The notes under the pieces were generated by a model. It was not told the DNA's origin, did not search any database, and saw nothing but the letters and a program-made list of their open reading frames with translations. Positions 52,409-60,482 of a stretch of DNA of 64,000 nt are shown here, in pieces. Source of the stretch: Candidatus Saccharimonadales bacterium. GTDB taxonomy: Bacteria > Acidobacteriota > Terriglobia > Acidiferrales > UBA7541. Both the position numbers and the translations under genes were made by a program. Location of the stretch: the NCBI GenBank assembly GCA_035486415.1, contig DATHNC010000057.1, positions 119 through 64,118 of the forward strand, written 5' to 3'. Position 1 is the first letter of the stretch. Each line of letters begins with the position of its first letter.

Positions 52409-52480
52409 GTAGCACAGGCTTCAGCCTGTGGGGTTTAGTCCTTGCAAGTCCTAAAACCCGCAGGCTGAAGCCCGCGCCAC
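52409..52480. repeat. Palindromic intergenic element, copy D (72 nt, hybrid arms)
   Basis: Left arm GTAGCACAGGCTTCAGCCTGTGGGG (CACAGG subtype) and right arm CCCGCAGGCTGAAGCCCGCGCCAC (CGCGGG subtype). Lies between convergent genes. Confidence 0.8.
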
Positions 52481-52505
52481 TTAATCCCAAGTCATACAAA
52501 TTCAA

Positions 52506-53684
52506 TTAGTATCCAGACAATCCTGTGAGCTGCGGCGTTGCAATTCCCTTGTGTTGGATAAGCACCTGAAACTTCTCACCCAAACCTTCCGGATGAATCA
52601 AGTTTTTCAGCAATAACCTCGCTCTCAATTTCTCCATTTCCGTCTGTCCCGGCTCGTATAAATCGGCGAACTCGTTCGCCCGTCCGAGCGCCACCAGAAA
52701 TTGAGATTGTGTAACAAGCCCCGTGCGAGCGAGGCCGGCGCGGCGTCCCCATATATCCATGGCCGTAAAATTAACGTGCGAGGTAAGATCCTGCTCGCCT
52801 GGCGCATCCAGAATATTTTCTGTGACCGTATGATCGCGGTAGGCGAGCAGCGTGCCGCGATTGTGGTGTTCGTTATACAAAATGCCGGCCTCATGGCCAT
52901 AATCGATGGTCAAAACAAATCCGTGCTCTAACGCTCGCCCAGCGCATTCGATCCAGTCGCAAGCTTCAAAGCACACTTCCGCCTGCTGACCTTCTGCAAG
53001 CGTAATTCCCTGCTCGCTGAAATAGTTCTCCAGCGCCGGCATGGATAGTTTTCCCCGATGTTCGATGAAACGTCCATTCTCGAAGCCGACAAACATTTCA
53101 CGAAGCGAACCGCGTTCCATAATCACGCGGTGCACGGGCAAAGCATCCAGCAATTCATTTGAAAAAATACAACCAGCGGAAATTTTCTCCGGAATCTCGG
53201 CTGCACTTGAGGCATTCCCTGCGGTTTCGTGCGACGCGATGTGCGACGCTTGCTCCGCCCTGCGAGCTACCGAGCGCTCGATCGCCACATATTCCAGCGC
53301 CGCGTAAAATTCAGGCAATTCGCGCGCGCTGAAATCAAGAATGTGGCCCGCAAGCCGTCCCACGCCCGCAGCCGACTCAGCCACAACAAACTTGCGCGGC
53401 GAACCCAGCAGCTTCCACATTTCCGCGAATTGCCGCGCGAGCATTCGTCCGAAAATCGGATGCACATCCACGCTGGTGTAATAATCGCCAAAACGGCGCG
53501 CGCTCGTCCGCGAATAGTAGCCGTGAACAGGGTGGTAAAGGCATTCGCGCATGAATTCAGTGAACGATAAGGGGCCGCCAGCGCGAATGCGCCTCGCCAG
53601 AATTTCGGTCAGCGCGCGCGCGTGCTCGCCGGGTGCGGAAGATTCGCTTCGCGCGCTTGATTCGGAAGTTGGACCGGTCGTCAT
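52506..53684 (-). CDS. Class I SAM-dependent methyltransferase, MidA/NDUFAF7 (COG1565) family
   Basis: ORF runs to 53741. The ATG at 53684 overlaps the upstream stop (ATGA). FTEFMRECLYHPVHGYY, a GDYYTSVD-type motif and ESAAGVGRLA (SAM-binding Gly loop) are typical of this family. Confidence 0.75.
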   Translation of the reverse strand: MTTGPTSESSARSESSAPGEHARALTEILARRIRAGGPLSFTEFMRECLYHPVHGYYSRTSARRFGDYYTSVDVHPIFGRMLARQFAEMWKLLGSPRKFVVAESAAGVGRLAGHILDFSARELPEFYAALEYVAIERSVARRAEQASHIASHETAGNASSAAEIPEKISAGCIFSNELLDALPVHRVIMERGSLREMFVGFENGRFIEHRGKLSMPALENYFSEQGITLAEGQQAEVCFEACDWIECAGRALEHGFVLTIDYGHEAGILYNEHHNRGTLLAYRDHTVTENILDAPGEQDLTSHVNFTAMDIWGRRAGLARTGLVTQSQFLVALGRANEFADLYEPGQTEMEKLRARLLLKNLIHPEGLGEKFQVLIQHKGIATPQLTGLSGY

Positions 53685-53959
53685 GCGTCCTGGCGCTGTG
53701 GATTGGACGTAAACATCTCGACGATGAAATCGTGGAGGCAATCGTAAAGTTGCTTTTGAAAAATCCAGGGAAATTGTTTGCTTTCGATTTCGCGCGGCCG
53801 CATCAGAAACACGTAGGTGTGAACCTGCGGTTCAGGCGGCGAATACTGGATGAGGACTTCGACCCCTTCGGCAGCCGGACGCGCGTCGAAAGTAAAGAGT
53901 GGATGTTCGTATTGTTTTAATTCACCTAGAACCTTTTCAGTCAGCGCAATCATTTTCAT
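53681..53959 (-). CDS. Hypothetical small protein (92 aa), translationally coupled on both sides
   Basis: ATGA overlaps at 53956-53959 (with the macro gene) and 53681-53684 (with the methyltransferase gene). No motif recognised. Confidence 0.6.
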   Translation of the reverse strand: MKMIALTEKVLGELKQYEHPLFTFDARPAAEGVEVLIQYSPPEPQVHTYVFLMRPREIESKQFPWIFQKQLYDCLHDFIVEMFTSNPQRQDA

Positions 53960-54507
53960 TCCGCCTGAGGCACGGCGTCGAATTCACCGCCCGCAGCCAT
54001 TTCCGCGCGCACTTTTTCAAATTCAGAAAGGGCCTGAGCGTCGAATAACACGAAGTAGATTTTCTTGAGAGGTGTAGGCTTCTTCAAATGTTCAGCGACC
54101 TCGCGCAGCATGATTCGTGCGCAATCCGGAAGTGGAAAGTCGGCAATGCCGGTTCCGACGGCCGGAAATGCGATGGTGCGCAACCCCTGCTCCGCCGCGA
54201 TGCGCAAGGAATTCGCAGTTGAACTTCGCAGCGCGTGCGTCGTGGTTACTCCGCCCAATTGCATGCTAGCTGCGTGAATCACAAAGCGTGCGGGTAGCTT
54301 GCCGCCCGAGGTGATGGCTGCGCCGCCCACGGGAATGCTGCCGATGTCATCGCATTCCCGCTGAATTTGATCGCCGCCCTTGCGACGGATGGCGCCGGCC
54401 ACGCCACCGCCAAGCTGCAAATCATTATTCGCGGCGTTCACAACGGCATCGACGTCCATTTCCGTCAAGTCGCCTTGCAGCAACACGATTTTTTCTTCGA
54501 CGCTCAT
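53956..54507 (-). CDS. Macro-domain protein (ADP-ribose / O-acetyl-ADP-ribose hydrolase family)
   Basis: GDLTEMDVDAVVNAANNDLQLGGGVAGAI, VIHAA and the AFPAVGTG motif. Confidence 0.88.
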   Translation of the reverse strand: MSVEEKIVLLQGDLTEMDVDAVVNAANNDLQLGGGVAGAIRRKGGDQIQRECDDIGSIPVGGAAITSGGKLPARFVIHAASMQLGGVTTTHALRSSTANSLRIAAEQGLRTIAFPAVGTGIADFPLPDCARIMLREVAEHLKKPTPLKKIYFVLFDAQALSEFEKVRAEMAAGGEFDAVPQAE

Positions 54508-54544
54508 AAATATTCTTCCTGAATCTCTTCCTGAATGAAGGACG

Positions 54545-54898
54545 CTACTTCGCGATGCGCTTCAGCGCTTCCTCATCGTATCCCAGCACCAGTTCGCTAC
54601 CGCGCAGCACAACGGGCCGGCGAATCAAATTCGGTTCCGCCGCCATTAATTTCAAGGTCTCTTCGCGCGATGGCGGATTCTCTTTCATTTTCTTCTCCCG
54701 GTAAAGCTCGTTGCGCGTATTTAGAAACATCCGGTGGTCGCGCTTGCCAATTAGCTTGTCCAGCTCTTCGACCGACAGCCTGTCTTTTCCGAGATCGCGC
54801 AAATCCAATTCCACTTCATGTTTTTCCAGGAACGCTTTGGCCTTACGGCAACTGGTGCAAGATGGCTTCTGCAGAAATTTGATTTTCGCTTTCGCCAT
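54545..54898 (-). CDS. ArsC/Spx/MgsR-family thioredoxin-fold protein
   Basis: ORF runs to 55087. The ATG at 54898 follows GGGAGA-A9-T. KFLQKPSCTSCRKAKAFL (CxxC) and LIRRPVV are family motifs. 117 aa. Confidence 0.75.
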   Translation of the reverse strand: MAKAKIKFLQKPSCTSCRKAKAFLEKHEVELDLRDLGKDRLSVEELDKLIGKRDHRMFLNTRNELYREKKMKENPPSREETLKLMAAEPNLIRRPVVLRGSELVLGYDEEALKRIAK

Positions 54899-55070
54899 AT
54901 TTTTTTTTCTCCCTGGAAAATAGAATTGCCGGAAAGCCTCCAACGCAAGAAGCGCTGCGTAGGAATTTCCTCCGGCATATTGTATGGATTTCGCGCGCGA
55001 AATGGAATGAATCGCCGACCGGATTGTTGGATATTTCGATGAATGACTTCCCATTTTGCTGGTAACGAGG

Positions 55071-55102
55071 CCGTAGGGGCACGGCATGCCGTGCCCCTAC
55101 GG
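55071..55102. repeat. Perfect 32 nt palindrome CCGTAGGGGCACGGCATGCCGTGCCCCTACGG (copy 2)
   Basis: Self-complementary over all 32 nt. Same core as 39396-39423. Confidence 0.8.
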
Positions 55103-55207
55103 CTTACGCACGACTACAAGGATCATCCGTGGATGTGCGTCAAGACGAAATTGCGCTCTCACTGCTTGTGAGAAGGCCGGTTAATGGTAGCGGCTGCACC
55201 CCCCCCC

Positions 55208-55218
55208 CCGCCTCTGAC
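55208..55218. repeat. Homopolymeric C11 tract (intergenic)
   Basis: GCTGCA-CCCCCCCCCCC-GCC, counted directly from the sequence, between the mug stop (55306) and the 55071 palindrome. Confidence 0.9.
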
Positions 55219-55305
55219 CCTTCGTATTCACGCAGGACAAGTGAGGCCGGCTACGGAAGGTCAGTTGCACGGGCAGAATCAGATTCACTGGGAATCGGTG
55301 CCGCT

Positions 55306-55815
55306 TTAATCGGGCAATTCGGAGAGAAGCTTTGCCAGTTGCTTGAAATAACGTATTTTTGAAGCTTCCCCTTCTGAACTCTGTGCGCCGGTCAACGGAA
55401 GAACAAACACCTGCGCGCCATATAACCGTTCTTTTTGCAAACCGGGTTTGCAAGGACGCTGTGCAAAATTCTCAAACGTTCCCACGCCATTGAATGCAAT
55501 CACATTCGGCGCGAACTGCTCCAGCTTCTGCGAAAGCAGGATACGCCCTTCTGCATATTCCTCGCGGGTCAGTTCGTCAGCCCCGCGTGTTGGACGCTTG
55601 ACGAGATCGGTAAGCCCAATGCCAAATTCGATCATGCGCCTGTCGGTTCGATGATCGAGAAGTTCCGGTACCACGCCAGAATCGTAGAGCATTGGCCAAA
55701 ACTCGTTCCCGCGCCCGGCATAATAGTGGCCAACGCGAGCGGAACGGTCGCCGGGATTACATCCGACGATGATCATTTTCATGCCGCTGCGTAAATAGTC
55801 AGGTAATGTTCGCAT
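55306..55815 (-). CDS. mug: G/U mismatch-specific uracil-DNA glycosylase (family 2 UDG, Mug-like)
   Basis: MIIVGCNPG (GINPG-type motif), NEFWPMLY, GLTDLVKRPT and a VLPLTG(A) C-terminal motif. 169 aa, as in E. coli Mug. Confidence 0.8.
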   Translation of the reverse strand: MRTLPDYLRSGMKMIIVGCNPGDRSARVGHYYAGRGNEFWPMLYDSGVVPELLDHRTDRRMIEFGIGLTDLVKRPTRGADELTREEYAEGRILLSQKLEQFAPNVIAFNGVGTFENFAQRPCKPGLQKERLYGAQVFVLPLTGAQSSEGEASKIRYFKQLAKLLSELPD

Positions 55816-56091
55816 TTAAGGTCACTAACTCCCACGCACTCCCCATTTCCAAGATTGGCCTATCAGCTTGATTCGCGTTTATCCGCAACAGCAAATCATG
55901 GCAAGCTTGGGACCAGATGGCGAATACCATTTATGGAACTCAATTAAATTGAACAGATTGTATCATCGTGAGATACACTAACAGCACAGACCTCTAACCG
56001 TTGTGTTAATAAGATAAATACTTGAATCGACCCCGAGGGCCACTGCATCTGAAGGTAGGAAGCTTTCCGGCAGGAAATACAAAGGAGAAAT

Positions 56092-56784
56092 ATGGTAACC
56101 TGCCAAATGAGTGCAACTGGCCGTGGCATGAGGCCGCCTGGAGCACATTGGAATTTGAGCGCTAGCGAACCCAAACCGTTGGCTTCCACAATCGTCCGCG
56201 AGGACGAGTCGCTATTGGTGTCTGCCGCCAAGGGCGGGGATATCAATGCGTTTGAAGAGCTCGTGAACCGATATGAGCGCAAGATATTCCGTCTGGCCAT
56301 GAACATCACGCAAAACCGCGAGGACGCGGAAGACGTGATGCAGGACGCTTTCCTGAAATCCTACCAGCACCTGGACCGCTTCCAGGGCGATTCCCGGTTC
56401 TATACGTGGCTGGTGCGTATCGCGGTTAACGAAGCGCTGATGAAGCTGCGCAAACGGCGCCCCAATCAGGTTTCGCTCGATGAACCGCTGACGGATAACA
56501 ATGGAGAGGATTCGGTGTTTCGCGAGATCGTGGACTGGGGTCCGTCTCCTGAAAAGAAATTTGCGCAGACCGAACTCAACGAAATTTTGACCAATGTGAT
56601 CGGCGAACTCGATCCGATTTTCCGGGTCGCTTTCCTGCTGCGTGATGAAGAGGGTCTTTCGACGGAAGAGACCGCGCAAATCCTGGGGATTTCTGTAGCG
56701 GCGGTGAAATCGCGCCTCTTGCGGGCGCGGCTGAAGCTCCGCCAAAAACTCAACAAATATTTTCGACGGAGTGAAACGCAGTGA
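56092..56784 (+). CDS. ECF-type RNA polymerase sigma-70 family factor with an N-terminal extension of about 35 aa
   Basis: AGGAG lies 4 nt before the ATG at 56092. Region 2 (FEELVNRYERKIFRLA...DAEDVMQDAFLK...F.TWL.RIAVNEAL) and region 4 (EGLSTEETAQILGISVAAVKSRLLRAR). Confidence 0.85.
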   Translation: MVTCQMSATGRGMRPPGAHWNLSASEPKPLASTIVREDESLLVSAAKGGDINAFEELVNRYERKIFRLAMNITQNREDAEDVMQDAFLKSYQHLDRFQGDSRFYTWLVRIAVNEALMKLRKRRPNQVSLDEPLTDNNGEDSVFREIVDWGPSPEKKFAQTELNEILTNVIGELDPIFRVAFLLRDEEGLSTEETAQILGISVAAVKSRLLRARLKLRQKLNKYFRRSETQ

Positions 56785-57029
56785 ACTGCAAGAAAGTAAT
56801 TCTAGAATTGACGAGCTACCTCGACGGCATACTCGACACCGAGATGCGAACCGATCTCGAACTCCACCTTTCCCGCTGCACGGATTGCCGAGTCGTTGTA
56901 GACACCACCCGCAAAACCCTCCAGATTTTTTGCAACTCTGAACCCGTTCCCCTCCCCGAAGATGTCCGCAAGCGGCTACACACTGCGCTCCTGGAACGCT
57001 GCCGCCGCAGTATCAAATCTTCCACTTAG
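56781..57029 (+). CDS. Zinc-binding anti-sigma factor (zf-HC2 / ZAS), short and without a TM segment
   Basis: GTG overlaps the sigma gene stop (GTGA). HLSRCTDC fits the Hx3Cx2C motif. 82 aa with no hydrophobic helix. Confidence 0.75.
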   Translation: MNCKKVILELTSYLDGILDTEMRTDLELHLSRCTDCRVVVDTTRKTLQIFCNSEPVPLPEDVRKRLHTALLERCRRSIKSST

Positions 57030-57078
57030 AAATTTTTTGCCCGCATATTTTCGATCAAGTGCGCATTCACAGGTTTAC

Positions 57079-57293
57079 GTGGCGCGGGCTTCAGCCTGCG
57101 GGGGTTAGTCCCTGCATGGACCAAATTCCGCAAGCTGAGCAGGCTGCGGAAAAACCCAATACTCTGTAATTCTGAGCGAAGCGAAGAATCTCTCCTTGTT
57201 TCATTTCGTATACTTAAATCGAGGATAGATTCTTCGCTTCGCTCAGGATGACAGAACAAGGCCTTTTTTCCGCAGCTTGTAAAGCCCGCGCTA
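57079..57293. repeat. Composite palindromic element, copy E: left arm, truncated right arm, about 120 nt insert, second right arm
   Basis: Left arm GTGGCGCGGGCTTCAGCCTGCGGGGGTTAGTCC at 57079. CCGCAAGCTGAGC at 57128. Full right arm CCGCAGCTTGTAAAGCCCGCGCTAC at 57270-57293. Confidence 0.65.
57167..57251. repeat. Unrelated 30 nt inverted-repeat pair nested inside copy E (third repeat type)
   Basis: GTAATTCTGAGCGAAGCGAAGAATCTCTCC (57167-57196) against the reverse complement of 57222-57251, GTCATCCTGAGCGAAGCGAAGAATCTATCC. Confidence 0.75.
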
Positions 57294-57450
57294 CGTACAC
57301 CTGCACCGCTATTCCATTAAAAAGATTGAATGAAACTTCCCAACGTAAATTCTTGTTTCCTTTTACAAATGGGCACAGAATAGGGCGCATATCGCGCCAC
57401 AATAAACGCCACGCATCAGGAATTGCGTTGGCATGCCCAGGAGATACTCG

Positions 57451-59478
57451 ATGAGACGGCTCTCTCGTTGGAAGCTTTTTTTCGCGCCGGCCTTTTTTGT
57501 AATTTGCCTCGCCCTGTCCGCGAACGCGCAGACCGGCGCAAAAAACGGAGAATGGCGAACCTACGGGGGAGATCTCGCGAGCACGCGTTACTCCGCTCTC
57601 GATCAGATCAATGCGGAAAATTTCAACAAGCTGGCCGTCGCCTGGCGCTTTAAGACCGACTCGCTCGGGCCGCGCCCCGAATTTAAGTTCGAATCAACCC
57701 CTCTGATGGTAAAAGGCGTTCTGTACTCCACGGGCGGAACGCGCAGGGCCGTCGTGGCGCTGGACGCAACCACAGGCGAACTCCTCTGGATGCACAGTGA
57801 GAACGAAGGCGAGCGCGCGACGAATGCCCCAAGGCAGCTCTCCGGTCACGGGCTGGCGTATTGGACCGATGGGAAGGAGGAGCGAATTTTGTATGTCACG
57901 CCCGGTTACAGGCTGATTGCGCTCAACGCCAAGACGGGTATTCCAATCCCGAGTTTCGGCGTTGGCGGCGTGGTCGACTTGAAAAAAGATGACGATCAGG
58001 TCATTGACCTTGTCACCGGTGAAGTGGGCCTGCATTCCACGCCGGTTGTGGCGCGCAATGTGGTGATCGTCGGCGCCGCGCACCTCACCGGAGGCGTGCC
58101 CCATAGCAGAAAAAATGTGAAGGGCTACGTCCGCGGGTTCGATGTGCGCACCGGCAAACGTCTCTGGATCTTCCATACGATTCCGCTGCCCAACGAATAC
58201 GGTAACGATACCTGGCTCAAGGAATCCTGGGCCTACACGGGTAACACGGGCGTGTGGGGACAAATTTCCGTGGATGAAACGCTCGGGCTTGTCTACTTGC
58301 CAGTGGAATTGCCCACGGGCGATTATTTCGGCGGAGACCGTCCCGGCAACGGATTGTTTGGCGAGAGCCTGGTTGCAGTAGATCTCGAAACCGGCAAGCG
58401 AAAATGGCACTACCAGCTTGTGCATCACGGCTTGTGGGATATGGACATCCCATGCGCGCCGATCCTCGCGGATATCACCATCAACGGCCGCACGGTGAAA
58501 GCCGTTGCGCAGCCCACAAAGCAGGCTTACCTCTACGTTTTCAATCGCGAGACTGGCGAACCGATCTGGCCCATCGTGGAAACTCCCGTGCCGCAGGGAG
58601 ATGTTCCGGGAGAATGGTATTCGCCGACGCAGCCAATTCCCAGCAAGCCCCCCGCTTTCGACAATCAGGGGATTTCGAAAGACTCCTTGATCAATTTCAC
58701 GCCAACCCTGCACGCTGAAGCAGAGGAACTTGTTTCGAAATATCGAATTGGTCCGCTCTTTACCCCGCCGTCGGTGAGCAAGGCCGATGGTACGCTGGGC
58801 ACACTCGTGTCGCCGGGAGCGCTTGGCGGCGCCAACTGGCCCGGCGGTTCCTACGATCCCGACACGCACATCTTGTACGTATATTCGCGGACCGATTTGT
58901 CCGCGCTGGGATTAGTTCCGTCACCCAATGCGAATATTTCGGATATGGAGTACGTGCAAGGCGTGGCAAACAACATGCCACGTGCAGGGAGACCGATGGG
59001 CGCCCCCCCCGTCCCCGCGCCAAATCCCGAGTCCGGAGAACCTGTGTTGCTTGTCAGAGGATTGCCGCTGCTGAAGCCGCCTTACGGGCGCATCACTGCG
59101 ATCAATCTGGATAAAGGCGAAATCGTTTGGCAAGTTGCGCACGGCGAAACGCCGGACAGTGTTCGAAACAATCCTGCGCTCGCCGGGTTAACGATACCGC
59201 GCACTGGAAGCACCGGGCTCATCGGCACACTGACGACTAAAAGTCTGGTGATTGCCGGGGAGTCCATAAACGTAACGATGCCATCAGGAATGAAGGGGGC
59301 GATGCTGCGCGCCTATGACAAGGCCAGCGGGAAAGATGCGGGAGCTGTCTACATGCCTGCGCCGCAGAGCGGCTCGCCAATGACTTACATGCTCAATGGA
59401 CAGCAGTACATTGTCGTCGCCGTTAGCGGCCCTGGCTACCCCGGCGAATTGATCGCGTACAAGGTGCCAACCAAGTAG
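57451..59478 (+). CDS. Exported PQQ-dependent dehydrogenase (quinoprotein beta-propeller)
   Basis: ORF from 57433; the ATG at 57451 follows AGGAGA by 6 nt. Signal peptide ...ALSANA/Q. NGEWRTYGGD..STRYS opening and repeated W-motif blades are typical of glucose/quinate-type quinoproteins. Confidence 0.78.
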   Translation: MRRLSRWKLFFAPAFFVICLALSANAQTGAKNGEWRTYGGDLASTRYSALDQINAENFNKLAVAWRFKTDSLGPRPEFKFESTPLMVKGVLYSTGGTRRAVVALDATTGELLWMHSENEGERATNAPRQLSGHGLAYWTDGKEERILYVTPGYRLIALNAKTGIPIPSFGVGGVVDLKKDDDQVIDLVTGEVGLHSTPVVARNVVIVGAAHLTGGVPHSRKNVKGYVRGFDVRTGKRLWIFHTIPLPNEYGNDTWLKESWAYTGNTGVWGQISVDETLGLVYLPVELPTGDYFGGDRPGNGLFGESLVAVDLETGKRKWHYQLVHHGLWDMDIPCAPILADITINGRTVKAVAQPTKQAYLYVFNRETGEPIWPIVETPVPQGDVPGEWYSPTQPIPSKPPAFDNQGISKDSLINFTPTLHAEAEELVSKYRIGPLFTPPSVSKADGTLGTLVSPGALGGANWPGGSYDPDTHILYVYSRTDLSALGLVPSPNANISDMEYVQGVANNMPRAGRPMGAPPVPAPNPESGEPVLLVRGLPLLKPPYGRITAINLDKGEIVWQVAHGETPDSVRNNPALAGLTIPRTGSTGLIGTLTTKSLVIAGESINVTMPSGMKGAMLRAYDKASGKDAGAVYMPAPQSGSPMTYMLNGQQYIVVAVSGPGYPGELIAYKVPTK

Positions 59479-59486
59479 CGTCTTAC

Positions 59487-59560
59487 GTGGCATAGGCTTC
59501 AGCCTGTGCGAGGTTAGGCCTTGCAAGGCCCAAAACCGCACAGGCTGAAGCCTATGCCAC
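59487..59560. repeat. Palindromic intergenic element, copy F (74 nt, perfect 24 nt arms)
   Basis: GTGGCATAGGCTTCAGCCTGTGCG ... GGCCTTGCAAGGCC ... CGCACAGGCTGAAGCCTATGCCAC, between convergent genes. Confidence 0.85.
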
Positions 59561-59591
59561 TCAAACCAGGCAATCAAAACTTCTGATTTAG

Positions 59592-60482
59592 CTAGCTCCG
59601 CAGATATTTATTAAAGAAGTCGAGCGTGCGTTGCCACGCCAGCTTCGCCGCAGCTTCGTCATAGCGCGGTGTTGTGTCGTTGTGGAAGCCATGATTCGCG
59701 CCATCGTAAATGTACGCGGTGTAAGTAACGTGATTCGCTTTCAGCGCTTCTTCCCACGCAGGCCAGCCGCCGGTGATCCGCGTATCGAGCGAAGCGTAGT
59801 GAAGCAAAAGTGGCGCCTTGATCTTGGCTGTGTCATCGGCTGAAGGCTGGCCACCATAAAATGGCACAGCAGCAGCGAGATCCGGCAAACGAACCGCCAA
59901 TTTATTTACCGTGGTCCCGCCAAAGCAGAAACCCACCGCGCCCATCTTCCCGCTGCACTCCGGACGAGCTTTCAACCAATTGTAGGACGCGACAAAATCT
60001 TCAAACATTTTGCCCCCATCCACTTTCGGAAACAGAGCCACCGCTTTTTCTTCATCGCCCGGATAGCCGCCGAGCGAAGTGAGCCCATCCGGAGCAAACG
60101 CAACAAAATTTGCGACTGCCAGCCGGCGCGCTACGTCCTCGATGTACGGGTTCAACCCGCGGTTTTCATGAATCACCAGCACTCCCGGCAATTTCCCGGA
60201 AGCTTTTGCGGGGCGAGCGAAATAACCCTTGATGCTTCCATTTCCATCCGGCGAAGATACCGTTTCGTACTCCGCTTTGATTCTGCCGTCGTCCTTTGGA
60301 ATTTGCTGGGCGAACGCGTAATTCGGCCTCAAGCTTTCCCAAATTGCCAAGGCCGTAACGCCTCCAACCGCGTATTTATTTGCACGATCCAGAAATTCGC
60401 GCCGGCTAATATCTCCGTGAACGTACTTATCAAATTGGTCGAGTAACTCCTGCGGAAAATCTGATGCCTTTTTTCGTTCCAT
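59592..60482 (-). CDS. Dienelactone hydrolase family protein with Tat-like motif
   Basis: ORF runs to 60530; the ATG at 60482 follows [17 protein letters not shown] twin-arginine-like motif. VIHENRGLN, nucleophile context GFCFGG and a late GANHGFHND. Confidence 0.8.
   Translation of the reverse strand: MERKKASDFPQELLDQFDKYVHGDISRREFLDRANKYAVGGVTALAIWESLRPNYAFAQQIPKDDGRIKAEYETVSSPDGNGSIKGYFARPAKASGKLPGVLVIHENRGLNPYIEDVARRLAVANFVAFAPDGLTSLGGYPGDEEKAVALFPKVDGGKMFEDFVASYNWLKARPECSGKMGAVGFCFGGTTVNKLAVRLPDLAAAVPFYGGQPSADDTAKIKAPLLLHYASLDTRITGGWPAWEEALKANHVTYTAYIYDGANHGFHNDTTPRYDEAAAKLAWQRTLDFFNKYLRS

Noticed and set aside
52272-52505. Small ORFs overlapping the palindromic elements (52272-52505, 59284-59577, 62672-62998, 57026-57259, 57214-57402, 18517-18900)
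   Set aside because: Their similar peptide strings (HRLKPV, GFSLR, RLKPAP, HPERSEESI) come from translating the repeats. None has an RBS, and each spans an intergenic hairpin.
55921-56091. Autoregulatory ECF promoter (GGAAC-N16/17-CGT) upstream of the ECF sigma gene
   Set aside because: GGAAC (55935-55939) and CGT (55967-55969) are present, but 27 nt separate them. The alternative GAAC at 55951 is too close. No spacing fits the ECF consensus.
57694-58869. 391-aa ORF antisense to the PQQ dehydrogenase gene
   Set aside because: Same reasoning: the sense frame has a signal peptide and quinoprotein repeats, and the antisense frame has no features.
59003-59010. C8 run inside the PQQ dehydrogenase gene as a phase-variation site
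   Set aside because: It encodes an in-frame Ala-Pro-Pro (GAPPVP) in a Pro-rich loop. It is shorter than typical contingency tracts, and there is no evidence of a frame disruption.
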